A stretch of DNA of 61,891 nt from a virus (Duplodnaviria > Caudoviricetes), in IMG/VR virus record IMGVR_UViG_3300044800_000230, positions 1-61,891 of that record; one strand, written 5' to 3'. The position numbers and the translations under genes were made by a program. A model generated the notes under the pieces. That model worked only from the letters and a program-made list of their open reading frames with translations. It made no database searches and had not been told where the DNA came from. Positions 41,351 through 51,833 of this stretch are shown here, one piece after another (the first letter of the stretch is position 1; each line of letters opens with the position of its first letter).

Positions 41351-43111
41351 ATTCCTTCTTAAGCAACCGAAGTATTTCTATTAAAATTTTACAAATAAAA
41401 ATAAACTGCCATTCTTTTTTATTTATACCTGCATGACCTGGAGAATCCCCAACTTGGGCTTGATATGCATTTAGTGATATCTCTAATTCTTCTAAACTAT
41501 TCATGTTGACCTCATTCCTCCTCTCCCAGCTTAGTCCCATCTGCCTCCGTGTAAATATCTTCTCTTTTATCATCAAGGAAATCGAAACTCTTGTTTTGCT
41601 CCTTCCTCAGCAATCTGCGGGATTCCATAAAGAAATACTTTACTGCATCATAACGTTCATTACTGTTAGATTTGTCATAGGGATAGTGCAAGTAAGTCTC
41701 CTCAAACTCTTTCTGGTCGGTCTCTTCTTGAGTCATCTTTCCCCTCCTTCCTGATATACATAGCAATCCAAATACAATTCTGGGTAGTCAATACAGATAT
41801 CATTTCCTCTTGAACACATACCAGTTTCATCATCATAAAAAGGGCACATTATTTCTTCTCTACCAGTTTACATAATTCATCTACCAAATCCTGATAATAT
41901 GAGTCTGGTGTTTCATCCCATTGTCGTTTAAATTTTTCAATCCTCTCCTCCAACCCCTTCACTCGTTTCCTACCACAATCAACAGTTTCAAATTCCTTCC
42001 TCAGATTATGTCTCAACGTTTCATTATCTCTTTCCAACTCCTTCACCTTATTTTTTAATATTTCTATCGTAGAAAGATATTCGCAACCACGGCAGTATTC
42101 TCTTGCACCTGGAGCCCTGGAATGAAATTCGCCCTCCAACTCCTTGATGCGTTCAGCGGCCATTACCATTGTGTTACCCCATCCCATATGCCCTTCGGTC
42201 GCAATTTCATTGGCTTGATAATTTAATAATTCAATAATATTTATCTTCTCATCCATCTTTCCCCCCTTGGCCAATGGGATTAAGAACATTTAGCAAGATA
42301 CATCATTAACCATATTAAAAATGCAATTGGAATCCAACTTAATAAAAAAGCTATCCCCATCCTGTCATGTTTATTCATTTATTTCATCTCTTAGTTGACG
42401 GTCAATGGGCAGGATTAATGTAAGTATGTATCCTGTGTGTGCTCAATCTAACGAGGTGAATTAGTCCCCGACTTACATTCACAGCTTATTAAGCCACCAT
42501 TGGCCGCCTCACTTTTTCTTATTTCGTAAAAAAGCCATTAACTTTTTAAATGCTTTTTCGGGAGTTCTATAACAAGCCCATGGTCCGTGAGGTTGAACTG
42601 AAGCATGCCAACTTCCACTTGCTGTTCTAATAATTTCAATTTTATTTACTTGTGATACTTTCACTTTCCCTCCTAAAGGCGACCAATGGGCAGGTCTTCT
42701 ACCTGAGTCACGTGTTGCAATAAGACATTGGCTCGACACGGAATACTTTCCCCGCAATGCTCCACCATTGGCCGCCTCACTCTTCATCTCTCTACCTTAT
42801 TAAAAATGCAATTGGAATCCAAAGCAACTTCAAATTGAAAGTCAGATAATTTCTTCGCACAGGTTCTCAACGCATTCTTAAGGGGCAACCAATCTTTCTC
42901 TTCAATCCAATCGTCCATGTTATTAGTCAGATCCAGCAATTCTTCTTTTAATTCCTTTGCTCCGTTCATCTCTCCCTCACTTTAGGGGTCGGCAAACAAG
43001 CCGTCAGATTATACGTCCACGGGTTATCCCACAAGATAGAAGATAATCTTGCCGACTGACAGAAGTAAACTTTCCTTTCATTGCCTACCGACCCCACTAT
43101 TTTACACTCTT

Positions 43112-43810
43112 TTATTTTCCCGTTGCCACCATTTTATCTACTCGGAATACCTTGATCCCAGGAATATTGGTTTCACCCTTTAATACCCGAACGATACCCC
43201 CTATCTTCTTTAAATTTGGAATAAGATATTGCCTTGGGATTAGGGATTCTTTTTCTATTTCAAAGTCCCAACTCTCCCTCATCGCAGCACCCATCAACTT
43301 GACTTTTGGTGTTTCGGGGGGGGCGATTATAACTTCGATAGGTTTAATGGCTTCTTCAACGGCCTCTTCTATAAGGGCATCAGCTTCTTCAAGGGCTCCT
43401 GCCTCGGCAAGTGCGGTAGCCTGTGCAATCTTTTCTTCTTCCTCCTTGTGACGGCGTTCCATCTCGGCCTTAATCGCCTCCTGACGAAGTTTCTCTTCCT
43501 CTGCCCTACGAAGAAGATCCTGTGCCACTTTGTAATTTTTCACCTGCCCATTCAGGTATTTCTCTGCCACTATCAGGGGAGCCTCGATAAGTGCCTTCTG
43601 ATTCAGGGCTTCCTTATGGGCAGCATTAGCTTTGGTAATTATCGGATCAAATGTTTCAGAAATCTTCTTTCTAAGAGCTTTTATGGTAAGAAAAAAATCA
43701 TTGGCCTTTACCAATGTTCCCTGATCCCTCACCACAATCATTTTTGCCTGATCGGGGATAGGCATCACTTCTTGTCTTACCACTTCAACTTGACTGATTG
43801 CTTCGTTCAT
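43112..43810 (-). CDS. Coiled-coil protein of the recombination module
   Basis: C-terminal WDFEI...IPRQYL..NLKKI...IPGIKVF pattern. Confidence 0.55.
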   Translation of the reverse strand: MNEAISQVEVVRQEVMPIPDQAKMIVVRDQGTLVKANDFFLTIKALRKKISETFDPIITKANAAHKEALNQKALIEAPLIVAEKYLNGQVKNYKVAQDLLRRAEEEKLRQEAIKAEMERRHKEEEEKIAQATALAEAGALEEADALIEEAVEEAIKPIEVIIAPPETPKVKLMGAAMRESWDFEIEKESLIPRQYLIPNLKKIGGIVRVLKGETNIPGIKVFRVDKMVATGK

Positions 43811-44204
43811 GGGGCCTCCTTTGACATTCTTTGCAATTTGCCTGTAATTTATCCCAATGCGAATTGCATCGGGTAAATTCAGAATGTGATTTTAACAATT
43901 TGCATGTACAACAAAGCTTATGAGTATTAGGATTGCCTCCAGCATCTACAATCCTTTTTCTTGCATGAAGAATCATATGATAGACATTATTCTCACAAAT
44001 CACTATTGATAGATCATCATCGATAGTTTTAACATGATGAACAACTACTTTTAAGGGAAGGGGGTATCCTAATACCTTTTCTGCTACAAGTCTTGAATTA
44101 AAAATATATCCATCACAGTTTGCTTTTGGATGATCTAAACATTTAGTCATTAATCTCCCATCCTTGTGAATCCTTGACCCGTTCCAGTTCTCTCTTCTAT
44201 GCAT
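43785..44204 (-). CDS. HNH homing endonuclease-like protein (possibly degenerate)
   Basis: HPKA..GYI..RLVAEKVLG..VVHH...H; C-terminal CxxC motifs. Confidence 0.65.
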   Translation of the reverse strand: MHRRENWNGSRIHKDGRLMTKCLDHPKANCDGYIFNSRLVAEKVLGYPLPLKVVVHHVKTIDDDLSIVICENNVYHMILHARKRIVDAGGNPNTHKLCCTCKLLKSHSEFTRCNSHWDKLQANCKECQRRPHERSNQSS

Positions 44205-44769
44205 TTTCCCTCCATCTCGCTACGGTTAAAGCTGCCAAAAACACCGGCAGGAGCAATTTTGGTCTTTCAATCGGCTCCAATTTATAAGTCCCGTCATCAT
44301 GAAGATAAAGATCGAATACCTTCTTGATGGGAATATTATTGACTCGGCACAACTCCCAATAAGCAGCATCCTGTAGTTCGTCTATCTTAGCTGAGGCTCC
44401 GGTCTTTAAATCAATAAGTACTAAACATCCGTTTAGGTATCCAATGCGATCAATCCTGCCAGCATAGAAATAGATTGGATGGTAGAGCTTATGTTCAATA
44501 TACCCAGGGTGGGCTACCGATCCCGTATCTTTCCGAAATTTCACATAGGCATCAAGATAGGGTCTTATCCTCTCATCAACCGTTGACCAATCTAATTCAT
44601 CATGGTCAAGATATTCAGTGGCAAGATGGATTAAACGCCCTCTCTCTAAATACCAAGGATCAACCTTCCATCTGTTATCGAGTATGGAAAGGCATTGAGT
44701 CACCGAGATAAGTTTCCGGTCTCCTAAAGTATAGGTATGAGTGGATTCATCAAGGTTGAGCATTGCCAT
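44197..44769 (-). CDS. PD-(D/E)XK exonuclease
   Basis: SVTQ, RGRLIH, YAGRIDRI, LIDLKTG, Q..AY. Confidence 0.8.
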   Translation of the reverse strand: MAMLNLDESTHTYTLGDRKLISVTQCLSILDNRWKVDPWYLERGRLIHLATEYLDHDELDWSTVDERIRPYLDAYVKFRKDTGSVAHPGYIEHKLYHPIYFYAGRIDRIGYLNGCLVLIDLKTGASAKIDELQDAAYWELCRVNNIPIKKVFDLYLHDDGTYKLEPIERPKLLLPVFLAALTVARWRENA

Positions 44770-45625
44770 CGGATAGCTCCAGTTTCACCTTTTCGCAGAT
44801 TTCATCGTAGAGATCACGGGTGATATCTGTCGTCGATTCAAAATCATATTCTCGATAGAGCCATTCTTTGATCTGATCATCGGTAGCCCCGGTCTCCTTG
44901 GCGATTGCATAGAATCGTTTTCGCTGAGGTTCGGAGATGATTTCACCCTTTGACTTATCGGCGGTCGGTTGAGACTTGCCATTCTTCTTCTGAGGCTCCT
45001 TCTTCTGGGGCTCCTTTAGTGGGGATTTGCCATTCGGTCCGACTTCCATCCCCTCTGGAAGATCTTCAATGTCTTGATCGAAGATATCTGAGGCCGCTGT
45101 GATGGTGAGCGTCATATCTATGAGTGCCCTTTTTTTCGCCATCTTGAGGATTGTGTTGGCAACGTCAACCGGATTCATTCTGACTTGCTTCTGTTGATAG
45201 GGAGCTTTTTCTCCTTTCTTCCAGACAGTTCGTTTCCTATCCGTAGGAGCCTCATTGAACTCTTCTTCACAGACTGGTTTTCTCCACTTATATTTTTCTT
45301 CATTGGAAGAACATTCTCCGATACCGACTCCAAGTAAAGTTCCTAAAGCCTGGGAAAATCCTTTGACGGCGATCCTATATCGTATTTCATCCTCGGTTGA
45401 AAGATCCGTGATATATTCCGATGGATCGGCCCCGATGTGAAATGTTGAAAGAAGTTTTTCGGCCCCAGGTTTATAAAGGGTAGGTTTAGGTGTTCCTGGG
45501 ATGATGCCGTAATGGTGATCTTTTTTCATCACGGCTTCCATGACTTCTTGAATAAGTTGCACTTGAGCTTTAATCTGCATTGCCGTCAGTGGTTTCTTAC
45601 CATACATTTCAATTGCATTTTCCAT
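44750..45625 (-). CDS. Putative single-strand annealing/recombination protein
   Basis: HYGIIPGT.KPTLYKPGAEK, NTILKMAKKRA..D, FDQDIED; adjacent to the exonuclease. Confidence 0.55.
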   Translation of the reverse strand: MENAIEMYGKKPLTAMQIKAQVQLIQEVMEAVMKKDHHYGIIPGTPKPTLYKPGAEKLLSTFHIGADPSEYITDLSTEDEIRYRIAVKGFSQALGTLLGVGIGECSSNEEKYKWRKPVCEEEFNEAPTDRKRTVWKKGEKAPYQQKQVRMNPVDVANTILKMAKKRALIDMTLTITAASDIFDQDIEDLPEGMEVGPNGKSPLKEPQKKEPQKKNGKSQPTADKSKGEIISEPQRKRFYAIAKETGATDDQIKEWLYREYDFESTTDITRDLYDEICEKVKLELSDGNAQP

Positions 45626-48600
45626 CTTCTTCCTCCTCGTCTAATTCTTTTTTTCTATCTTCTTCTGATTCCATTTCCCATTCCTCGCCATGCCAAAACA
45701 AATGTCGTTTAAGAGTGCTAAACGGGATAATTAGCATATCGTAGAAATCCTTTTAACGGAGTAGGTCACATAAGTTCATAATTCCCTCCGTGCAACCCTC
45801 ACAAATTCCCCCATTATTCCTTTTCTTGTGGTTTTTCCTTTGTGACAGACTGGATAATATCAATCACATCCTTCTTGATTTCATTCTTGAAATCTTTACC
45901 AGTTTTGATAGCCGATTCAATGTTTTTAGGCGTAATTTGTTGGGCAACCATCATTCCAATAATGGTATTTCTTGAGGGAGTTATTATGGCCAGAAAAAGG
46001 AAGATTCCGAAAAGCCATTTTGCCCATCTAAATTTATTAACTACATTCAATAAATCCTCATCATCATCCATCGTTCCCAATACTTTGAAAAACACTAAAA
46101 TAATCAATCCTAATCCCAAAATAATTACACCCCCCGTAAAAGTTATAATCAAGTTTTCAATAAAACCTAATAAATAAATCAACCACGGACTAATTATTGG
46201 TTCCATATTTGTCTCCCTTCTTTATGATACTCACAAATTCCCCTATGACATATAGGGCTAAAATAACCATTATCCCGGCCCCTGCCACCTTAAACCATTG
46301 AGCCCAAGTCAAAATATCAGATAGATGCCGTTCCATCATTGGGAGCCTCCTTCTCAAATCCTTCTACCTGTGTAGCAAGTTTTTCTACTTCTTCTTCAGT
46401 TAGGTATCCTCTTACATCCCCATCTGCAACAGGATTGTCATAATGTAATGTTCCATTCTTCCTAACAGCCAATTCATATAATCCTTTATCTCCACCATAA
46501 GAATATTGAAATTGAATTACGGATACCTCAAAACCATTTTTAAAGGTCATTATTGCCTGTACTCCTCCCATTCCAGAAGGATGAGGATTAAATTTCAGTT
46601 CTTGAAATTTCATTGGGAGCCTCCCTTTTTATTTTTATAGAACCTTTCAAACTCGTACCATACTCCATTAACTTTAGCTTCCTGTTTGGTATGGGAAATG
46701 GATTGGATAACACCGTCTTCAAGTCTGCCCGGAGAAATCCAAATCAGGACATCTTCTCCACGGAGAAAAGTATCAGGGTTGATACGATTTACGGTGAATG
46801 ATTTCATTTTCTTTTATCCTCTTGTTCGACTCCTTTCCCCTCGACTATTTTCCTCATCACACTCATGATGTCTATCTGTTCCTCTGTCAGAATAATCTGG
46901 AAAATTGTCTCCTCTTTGGACCGATTAAAAAATGTGTTCTCTTTTCCATTTGTGACTTCTTTGGAAATCCAAATTTTATATTTAGTCATTTCTCTTGTCT
47001 CCTTTCTGTGATTTCCTCCTCCCAAGCATCTTTGTGTATCTTCCAAGACCATTCGGCCTCCTTCGCTGAGGCTTCTAATGCGACAATGCGAATATAATTA
47101 CCGCATGAACAGTAAAGTAATAATTCACCATTGAACAAAGTTGCTCGAAGTAAGTGCATTAGCTCTCCGTGGGTTCTGCCTTGGCAATGGCTTCACTTTT
47201 TAAGAATGGTTTTCCATTGACATATTCAATTTGAGCGGTTTGAGCAATCACCTTTAGATATTCAAAATTACCCTGTAAAGCCTCTACTATAATCCGGCCT
47301 TGAATCCTTGCCCATTGTTTATGCTCTTCTAAAAGATCTGGACAAGAGGCGATCAAGTGGACGTTGGCCTCTCTTTGTTCTTCCCCCACATCAACGGCCC
47401 ACAAATCACAAATGGCCTTACCATCTAATGTCGATATTTCATAAGTTGTTCCATAATACCGTAGTTTATTAAGTTTCCATGGCCCTGATGTATATTTCAT
47501 TTTCCTTCTCCCATAATAGATGCCGAAGAATTCTGTCAGATTTGCTTCTAACTTGGGCTCACATCTTGTCTTGCGACACGTCGGAAAGTTTCCTCAAGAG
47601 CTTACGCCAATGAGGTTCAAGTGCCGGGACTGCCCTATCCCGGAGTGCCCTTCCGAACAGATGCTCTTTTCAGCTTGAACCTGGATTATCCAGGGTGGCT
47701 GAAACCATCTCTCATTCAAAATGTCTTCGCTTATCATATAAGATTCCTCGGCATCCTTTATCGTATCCCTCATTCAAAATGTGTGCGCCTCTGACAAATG
47801 CCCAGCACAACGCCAGCAGGATCAGATAAGTGATTAATGCAATTAGTAAAAGTATTTAATCCGCCCGTTCAATCCTTTCCTTCATGTAGCCCTTCTCGTC
47901 AGTATCGGGAAGATCGGATTCTTTTCCCAATGTGACCGCCTTTCCTCCGCTGCTAATTTCCATCGTCATTCCATCTTTTTTTAGATCGGTATCCATTTTT
48001 TCGATTTGGTCAAAAAGTTTACCTTGCAAGGCACTCCATTCAAATGTCACAGAGTCCTTTATTTTTTCTTTTGTAAAAGAAATTGAGACCTCACAGATAT
48101 TTTTTCCTTTGACCACTCCGATCTTCGCACCGAAAGAGATTGTGAGTGGATCTTCGCCTGCATTTGCCCATGCCTGCTCCAAATCTTCAGTATAATATTT
48201 CAACATTCCTTGAATCTTGTTCGGGATGATTGACAAAGCTCCTTTGATGCTCATGTTCCCTCCTTTCCTTATTTAAGTAATTTAACGTCTCTTCTTCTTG
48301 AAAACTTAGCTACCTCTGATTCCATCATTCGTTTCGTTGGAGCCTTTACAGAGTGAATCCATCTTTTGCGCTGACGGTATTCTTTTTGATTTTTCGGTTT
48401 AATCACTTTCACAAACCAGCACATCAAAATAGCTTCCCACATTGGATGTCCTTGTTGGGGCTTATCCATGAAATAACCATTTTCGAGTTCAATAAATCTT
48501 TTAATAACCACTTCTTACTCCTCCTTTCTGGGGTAGGTTGGAGAGGATTCCAAACTGGAGATGAGTAGAGCCAGTGCTTTCGCCCCACCCGCTAATCTTT

Positions 48601-49621
48601 TGACTGTAGTTCACGCAAGATCTCAATTAAGATATTGGCGATAAGTTGCAAAAGTAGGGTTTCCCTGCCAATCTCACAGATAGTAATTTCATTAAAAGCC
48701 CTTTCCAACTTTTCAAGTGAATTGATAATCATCACCTCCTTTTTTAGAAACTTGTCCTGTGGTTTTGGATCCCTTTTCATCCCCTGTTCCGTCGGTTTCC
48801 CGATCTGACAGGTTAATGTCAGGTCGCCTTTTAGGTCTACGGGAATTCCCGTTGACCACTAATTTAGCTGTCGCCACCCCCATATCCAATTCCCGTAGGA
48901 CTGCTTTCGCAGGGACTTAGGTTCGGTCAACACCTGACAAATGGTTTTGGGATTCCTCATGGTTTTACCATTCTTCCAAACTTATCTCTTTTAAGAGGAT
49001 ACTTACCTCTTGATTTTAATTCCCTGACCATTTCCAAAAGAGTTTTACCTAATATCGATACCTTCTTCTTTTCCATTTAAGCCTTCCTTTTAAACCATTT
49101 TAAGGCATCAACAACCATCATCCTGGCACTTATTACAGATAAAACCTCATCACCGGGAGCAAATTTATAGGCTTTTTCAATTCGATTGGCTTCAATGATT
49201 TTCCACCATTCCTCAGAATAAGGTTTAATCTTTGATTCGTTATTCGTTTTTCTCATTTTACCCTTCCCTCTGTTTTTGTTTTTTCATTTTCTATCTTTGC
49301 AAGGGCACAAGTTAGACATTTCCGATTAGGTTTGGCTGGATGCTTTCTACATATGAATTTTCTCATGTTAAGCCTCTTTTATGCCTTTTGACCGGAGAGA
49401 TCCCTTTTCTTTGTGCCTTAGAGGGGGGTTTTTGCAGTCTAAACCGACCAAACACGAGACTTCAGCATAGGGTGAGTGTCTGTATAGGGGGCAATGGGTC
49501 GAAATGCATTTTTCACCCGTATAGCCATTACATTCATAGCAATTTGCCCAAATAGCCTGTTTACGGGTAAGAGGCTTTCCTTCAGTGAACTTTTTATGCT
49601 CGGAAGCACCCTTAATTTGAC

Positions 49622-50392
49622 TCATTTTTTATAATTCCACCTTTTATTCCAATCTGAATACATCCGATTTTGATTTGAAATTAATTTCGACAAAAATTGT
49701 ATAATTGACTCAGTTTCCATTTTTGTCTTTTCACCATCTTCGCAGGCCTGTAAAATATTAGAAAATACTTTACCTAATTTTTTATTGAAGTGAGTAAACA
49801 TCTGCCTTATCTCCATCCGACCAGTTCCATTTGTTGAAACTTTTCTATTTTTAATCCACTCATGGATTTTTTCTTTGGGAATGTCGAGGGCTTTAGAAAT
49901 GACAGGTAAAGTTGAACCTTTTGCTAAAAGGTCAAAAACATCATTTTTCTTATTGTTGTTGATTTTCCATACAGCGCTATGATAAGAAGTTCGGATTAAT
50001 GATTTGGGAAGTATTTTGGAAAATTCATCAAAGATTCTTTTTCTTGAATATTTTTTTTCAACCAGAAGAATCATTGTTCGGCATATATCGTTTTTAGTTG
50101 GAGGCAGGGGTCCACCAATATTGGAACTGAGTGCTAATTTTACGATTTCAATAGTGCTATCTTCGTTGATAACCTCTGCTTCGATTATCTCTATATTTGC
50201 ATCTTTGTACGCTTCAATGCGGTGTCTCCCATCTATGATGTAATAATCTTTTGTAATTTTAATTGGAGGCAAAGGAACTCCACCCTCTATTAGACTCCAA
50301 AGATAGAGTTCATGCTCATGGTTAATAATGCTACGGATACCAAAACGATCCTTCAGTTCCGATATTTTGACTTGAATAATAATCTTTCCCAT
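49622..50392 (-). CDS. ParB/Srx N-terminal domain protein
   Basis: LPPIKI..IIDGRHRIEAY. Confidence 0.75.
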   Translation of the reverse strand: MGKIIIQVKISELKDRFGIRSIINHEHELYLWSLIEGGVPLPPIKITKDYYIIDGRHRIEAYKDANIEIIEAEVINEDSTIEIVKLALSSNIGGPLPPTKNDICRTMILLVEKKYSRKRIFDEFSKILPKSLIRTSYHSAVWKINNNKKNDVFDLLAKGSTLPVISKALDIPKEKIHEWIKNRKVSTNGTGRMEIRQMFTHFNKKLGKVFSNILQACEDGEKTKMETESIIQFLSKLISNQNRMYSDWNKRWNYKK

Positions 50393-50393
50393 T

Positions 50394-50969
50394 TTATGCC
50401 TCCTTTATCCAATTAATAAAAAGTTCTTTGTCGTATGAATCTGCCATAGCCCAATATTTCTTTAATTGTTTTAGAACGACACTGTCCTCTATGATTTCAT
50501 CTTGTTCATTCTCTTCCCCATTAACAATGTTCTCTTCTGGCCTTGCCATCGGCAACCCATCAATTACATCTTTTACGTGTTTCGCTGTTACTTTTCCATC
50601 CGGTGCAGTCTCAACTGCTTTCTGCCATACTTTCTTTTGTTGTTCTGGTTCGAGAGATGCAAGGGCGGCGGCGTGTGATTCTTTTTGGGGAAGATTGTCG
50701 GAAATTTCCGACAAATTCTGTGAAATCTGTGCGGCTCCAATTAACTCATAGGCTCTTTGTCGTTTTAAATCCCATCTCTCTTTGCAATATTCCTCAAAGG
50801 TTTGGAAAATAAGTTTATAAAGTTTCTCTTTTTGAATAATTAAGAGAGCAGTTCCAACTTCTACGAAATGAGCCATTCCCTTTTCAATGATTTTTTCTAA
50901 TTGATTAAGTCGTTTCTCAGTATCCGTGGATAATTTAAATTGGTGATCTATAGCAAGTTCCATCAGCAA
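50394..50969 (-). CDS. Phage DNA-binding protein (DUF3102-like)
   Basis: FVEVGTALL.I...LY...TFEEYCKERW..RAYELI. Confidence 0.55.
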   Translation of the reverse strand: MLMELAIDHQFKLSTDTEKRLNQLEKIIEKGMAHFVEVGTALLIIQKEKLYKLIFQTFEEYCKERWDLKRQRAYELIGAAQISQNLSEISDNLPQKESHAAALASLEPEQQKKVWQKAVETAPDGKVTAKHVKDVIDGLPMARPEENIVNGEENEQDEIIEDSVVLKQLKKYWAMADSYDKELFINWIKEA

Positions 50970-50990
50970 CCTCCTTGATTGTTGATGGGA

Positions 50991-51020
50991 AGATTACCAC
51001 AAAAGGTAAATCCTTGTCAA
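50991..51020 (-). promoter_or_regulatory. Leftward early promoter (pL-like) with operator TTACCACAAAAGGTAA at 50994-51009
   Basis: Minus strand TTGACA-18 nt-TAATCT with TG extension; operator lies in the spacer and -10. Confidence 0.75.
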
Positions 51021-51048
51021 GTCTTTTTTTTGATAAATAAATTATTTC

Positions 51049-51291
51049 TTATTTTTCTTCGGAATCGGAATCTTCGATTAACTCTCGGAGGGGTATGTGG
51101 AAGACCTTTGAAATCTTAATTAGAACATCTACTGGAATTGTATGTTGTCGATTATATTGACCATCTTCGTAATTCTTAATATTAGACTTGGACTCACTTA
51201 TCATTAAACCAAAGGTTTCCCTTGATAGTTTGCCTCTAATCTTTCTAATTCTTTTTGCTATTCTTTTTATCTCTTTTTCTGGATGTTCCAT
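51049..51291 (-). CDS. XRE HTH repressor (short, no protease domain)
   Basis: RIRKIRGKLSRETFG..I..SNIKNYEDG..LIKISKVF; divergent from the Cro-like gene. Confidence 0.8.
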   Translation of the reverse strand: MEHPEKEIKRIAKRIRKIRGKLSRETFGLMISESKSNIKNYEDGQYNRQHTIPVDVLIKISKVFHIPLRELIEDSDSEEK

Positions 51292-51300
51292 AAAAATATC

Positions 51301-51330
51301 TTGACTTTCAATTACCTATTGTGGTAAAGT
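51301..51330 (+). promoter_or_regulatory. Rightward early promoter (pR-like) with operator TTACCTATTGTGGTAA at 51312-51327
   Basis: TTGACT-18 nt-TAAAGT with TG extension; operator matches the pL operator at 15/16 positions when inverted. Confidence 0.75.
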
Positions 51331-51337
51331 CCCCACT

Positions 51338-51538
51338 ATGAATGAGAAGAAAATCAAAAAAAGGTTAATCGACCTCGGTTTAACTCAAACCGAACTCAGC
51401 CAACAGATCAACATTCCAAGGAATCGAATTAATGATGCAATAAAGGGTAGGCGAGAGGGCAGACGCTACACCCAACAAATCCTTGATTTCCTTTACCCAC
51501 TCATTAATTCAAAAAAAGGGAACTTGCCCACAGGTTGA
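51338..51538 (+). CDS. Cro-like HTH regulator
   Basis: LIDLGLTQTELSQQINIPRNRINDAIKGRR. Confidence 0.8.
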   Translation: MNEKKIKKRLIDLGLTQTELSQQINIPRNRINDAIKGRREGRRYTQQILDFLYPLINSKKGNLPTG

Positions 51539-51671
51539 TACTTGCAAAGACTGTTCCATAATAAAAACAGTTGCCATTTCTGTAAACCGACGGAAGAAAT
51601 CATGCCAAGTTTTGGCATAAATGACAACAATTTGCGTCAAAAAATAGAGGGGAGCACCAACTCTCCTCTTA

Positions 51672-51728
51672 GAGGGGCCAGGGAGCGGAACCTTTTGGAA
51701 GGGGTGACAAGTCCCTGGCCTCTTTTTT
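51672..51728 (+). terminator. Terminator between cro and integrase
   Basis: GGCCAGGGA...TCCCTGGCC stem followed by TCTTTTTT. Confidence 0.6.
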
Positions 51729-51833
51729 GAAATTCTATCAAATCATTAAGTTTTGGGCAACTATTTTTTGAGGGGGGACTTTACAGCCATGACCACAATT
51801 GATATGCTTCTCTGTTTAGAGGAGGGCGAAACC

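Noticed and set aside
44197-44769. Cas4 linked to the RAMP locus
   Set aside because: It lacks the Cas4 cysteine cluster and sits in an ordinary recombination module 12 kb away.
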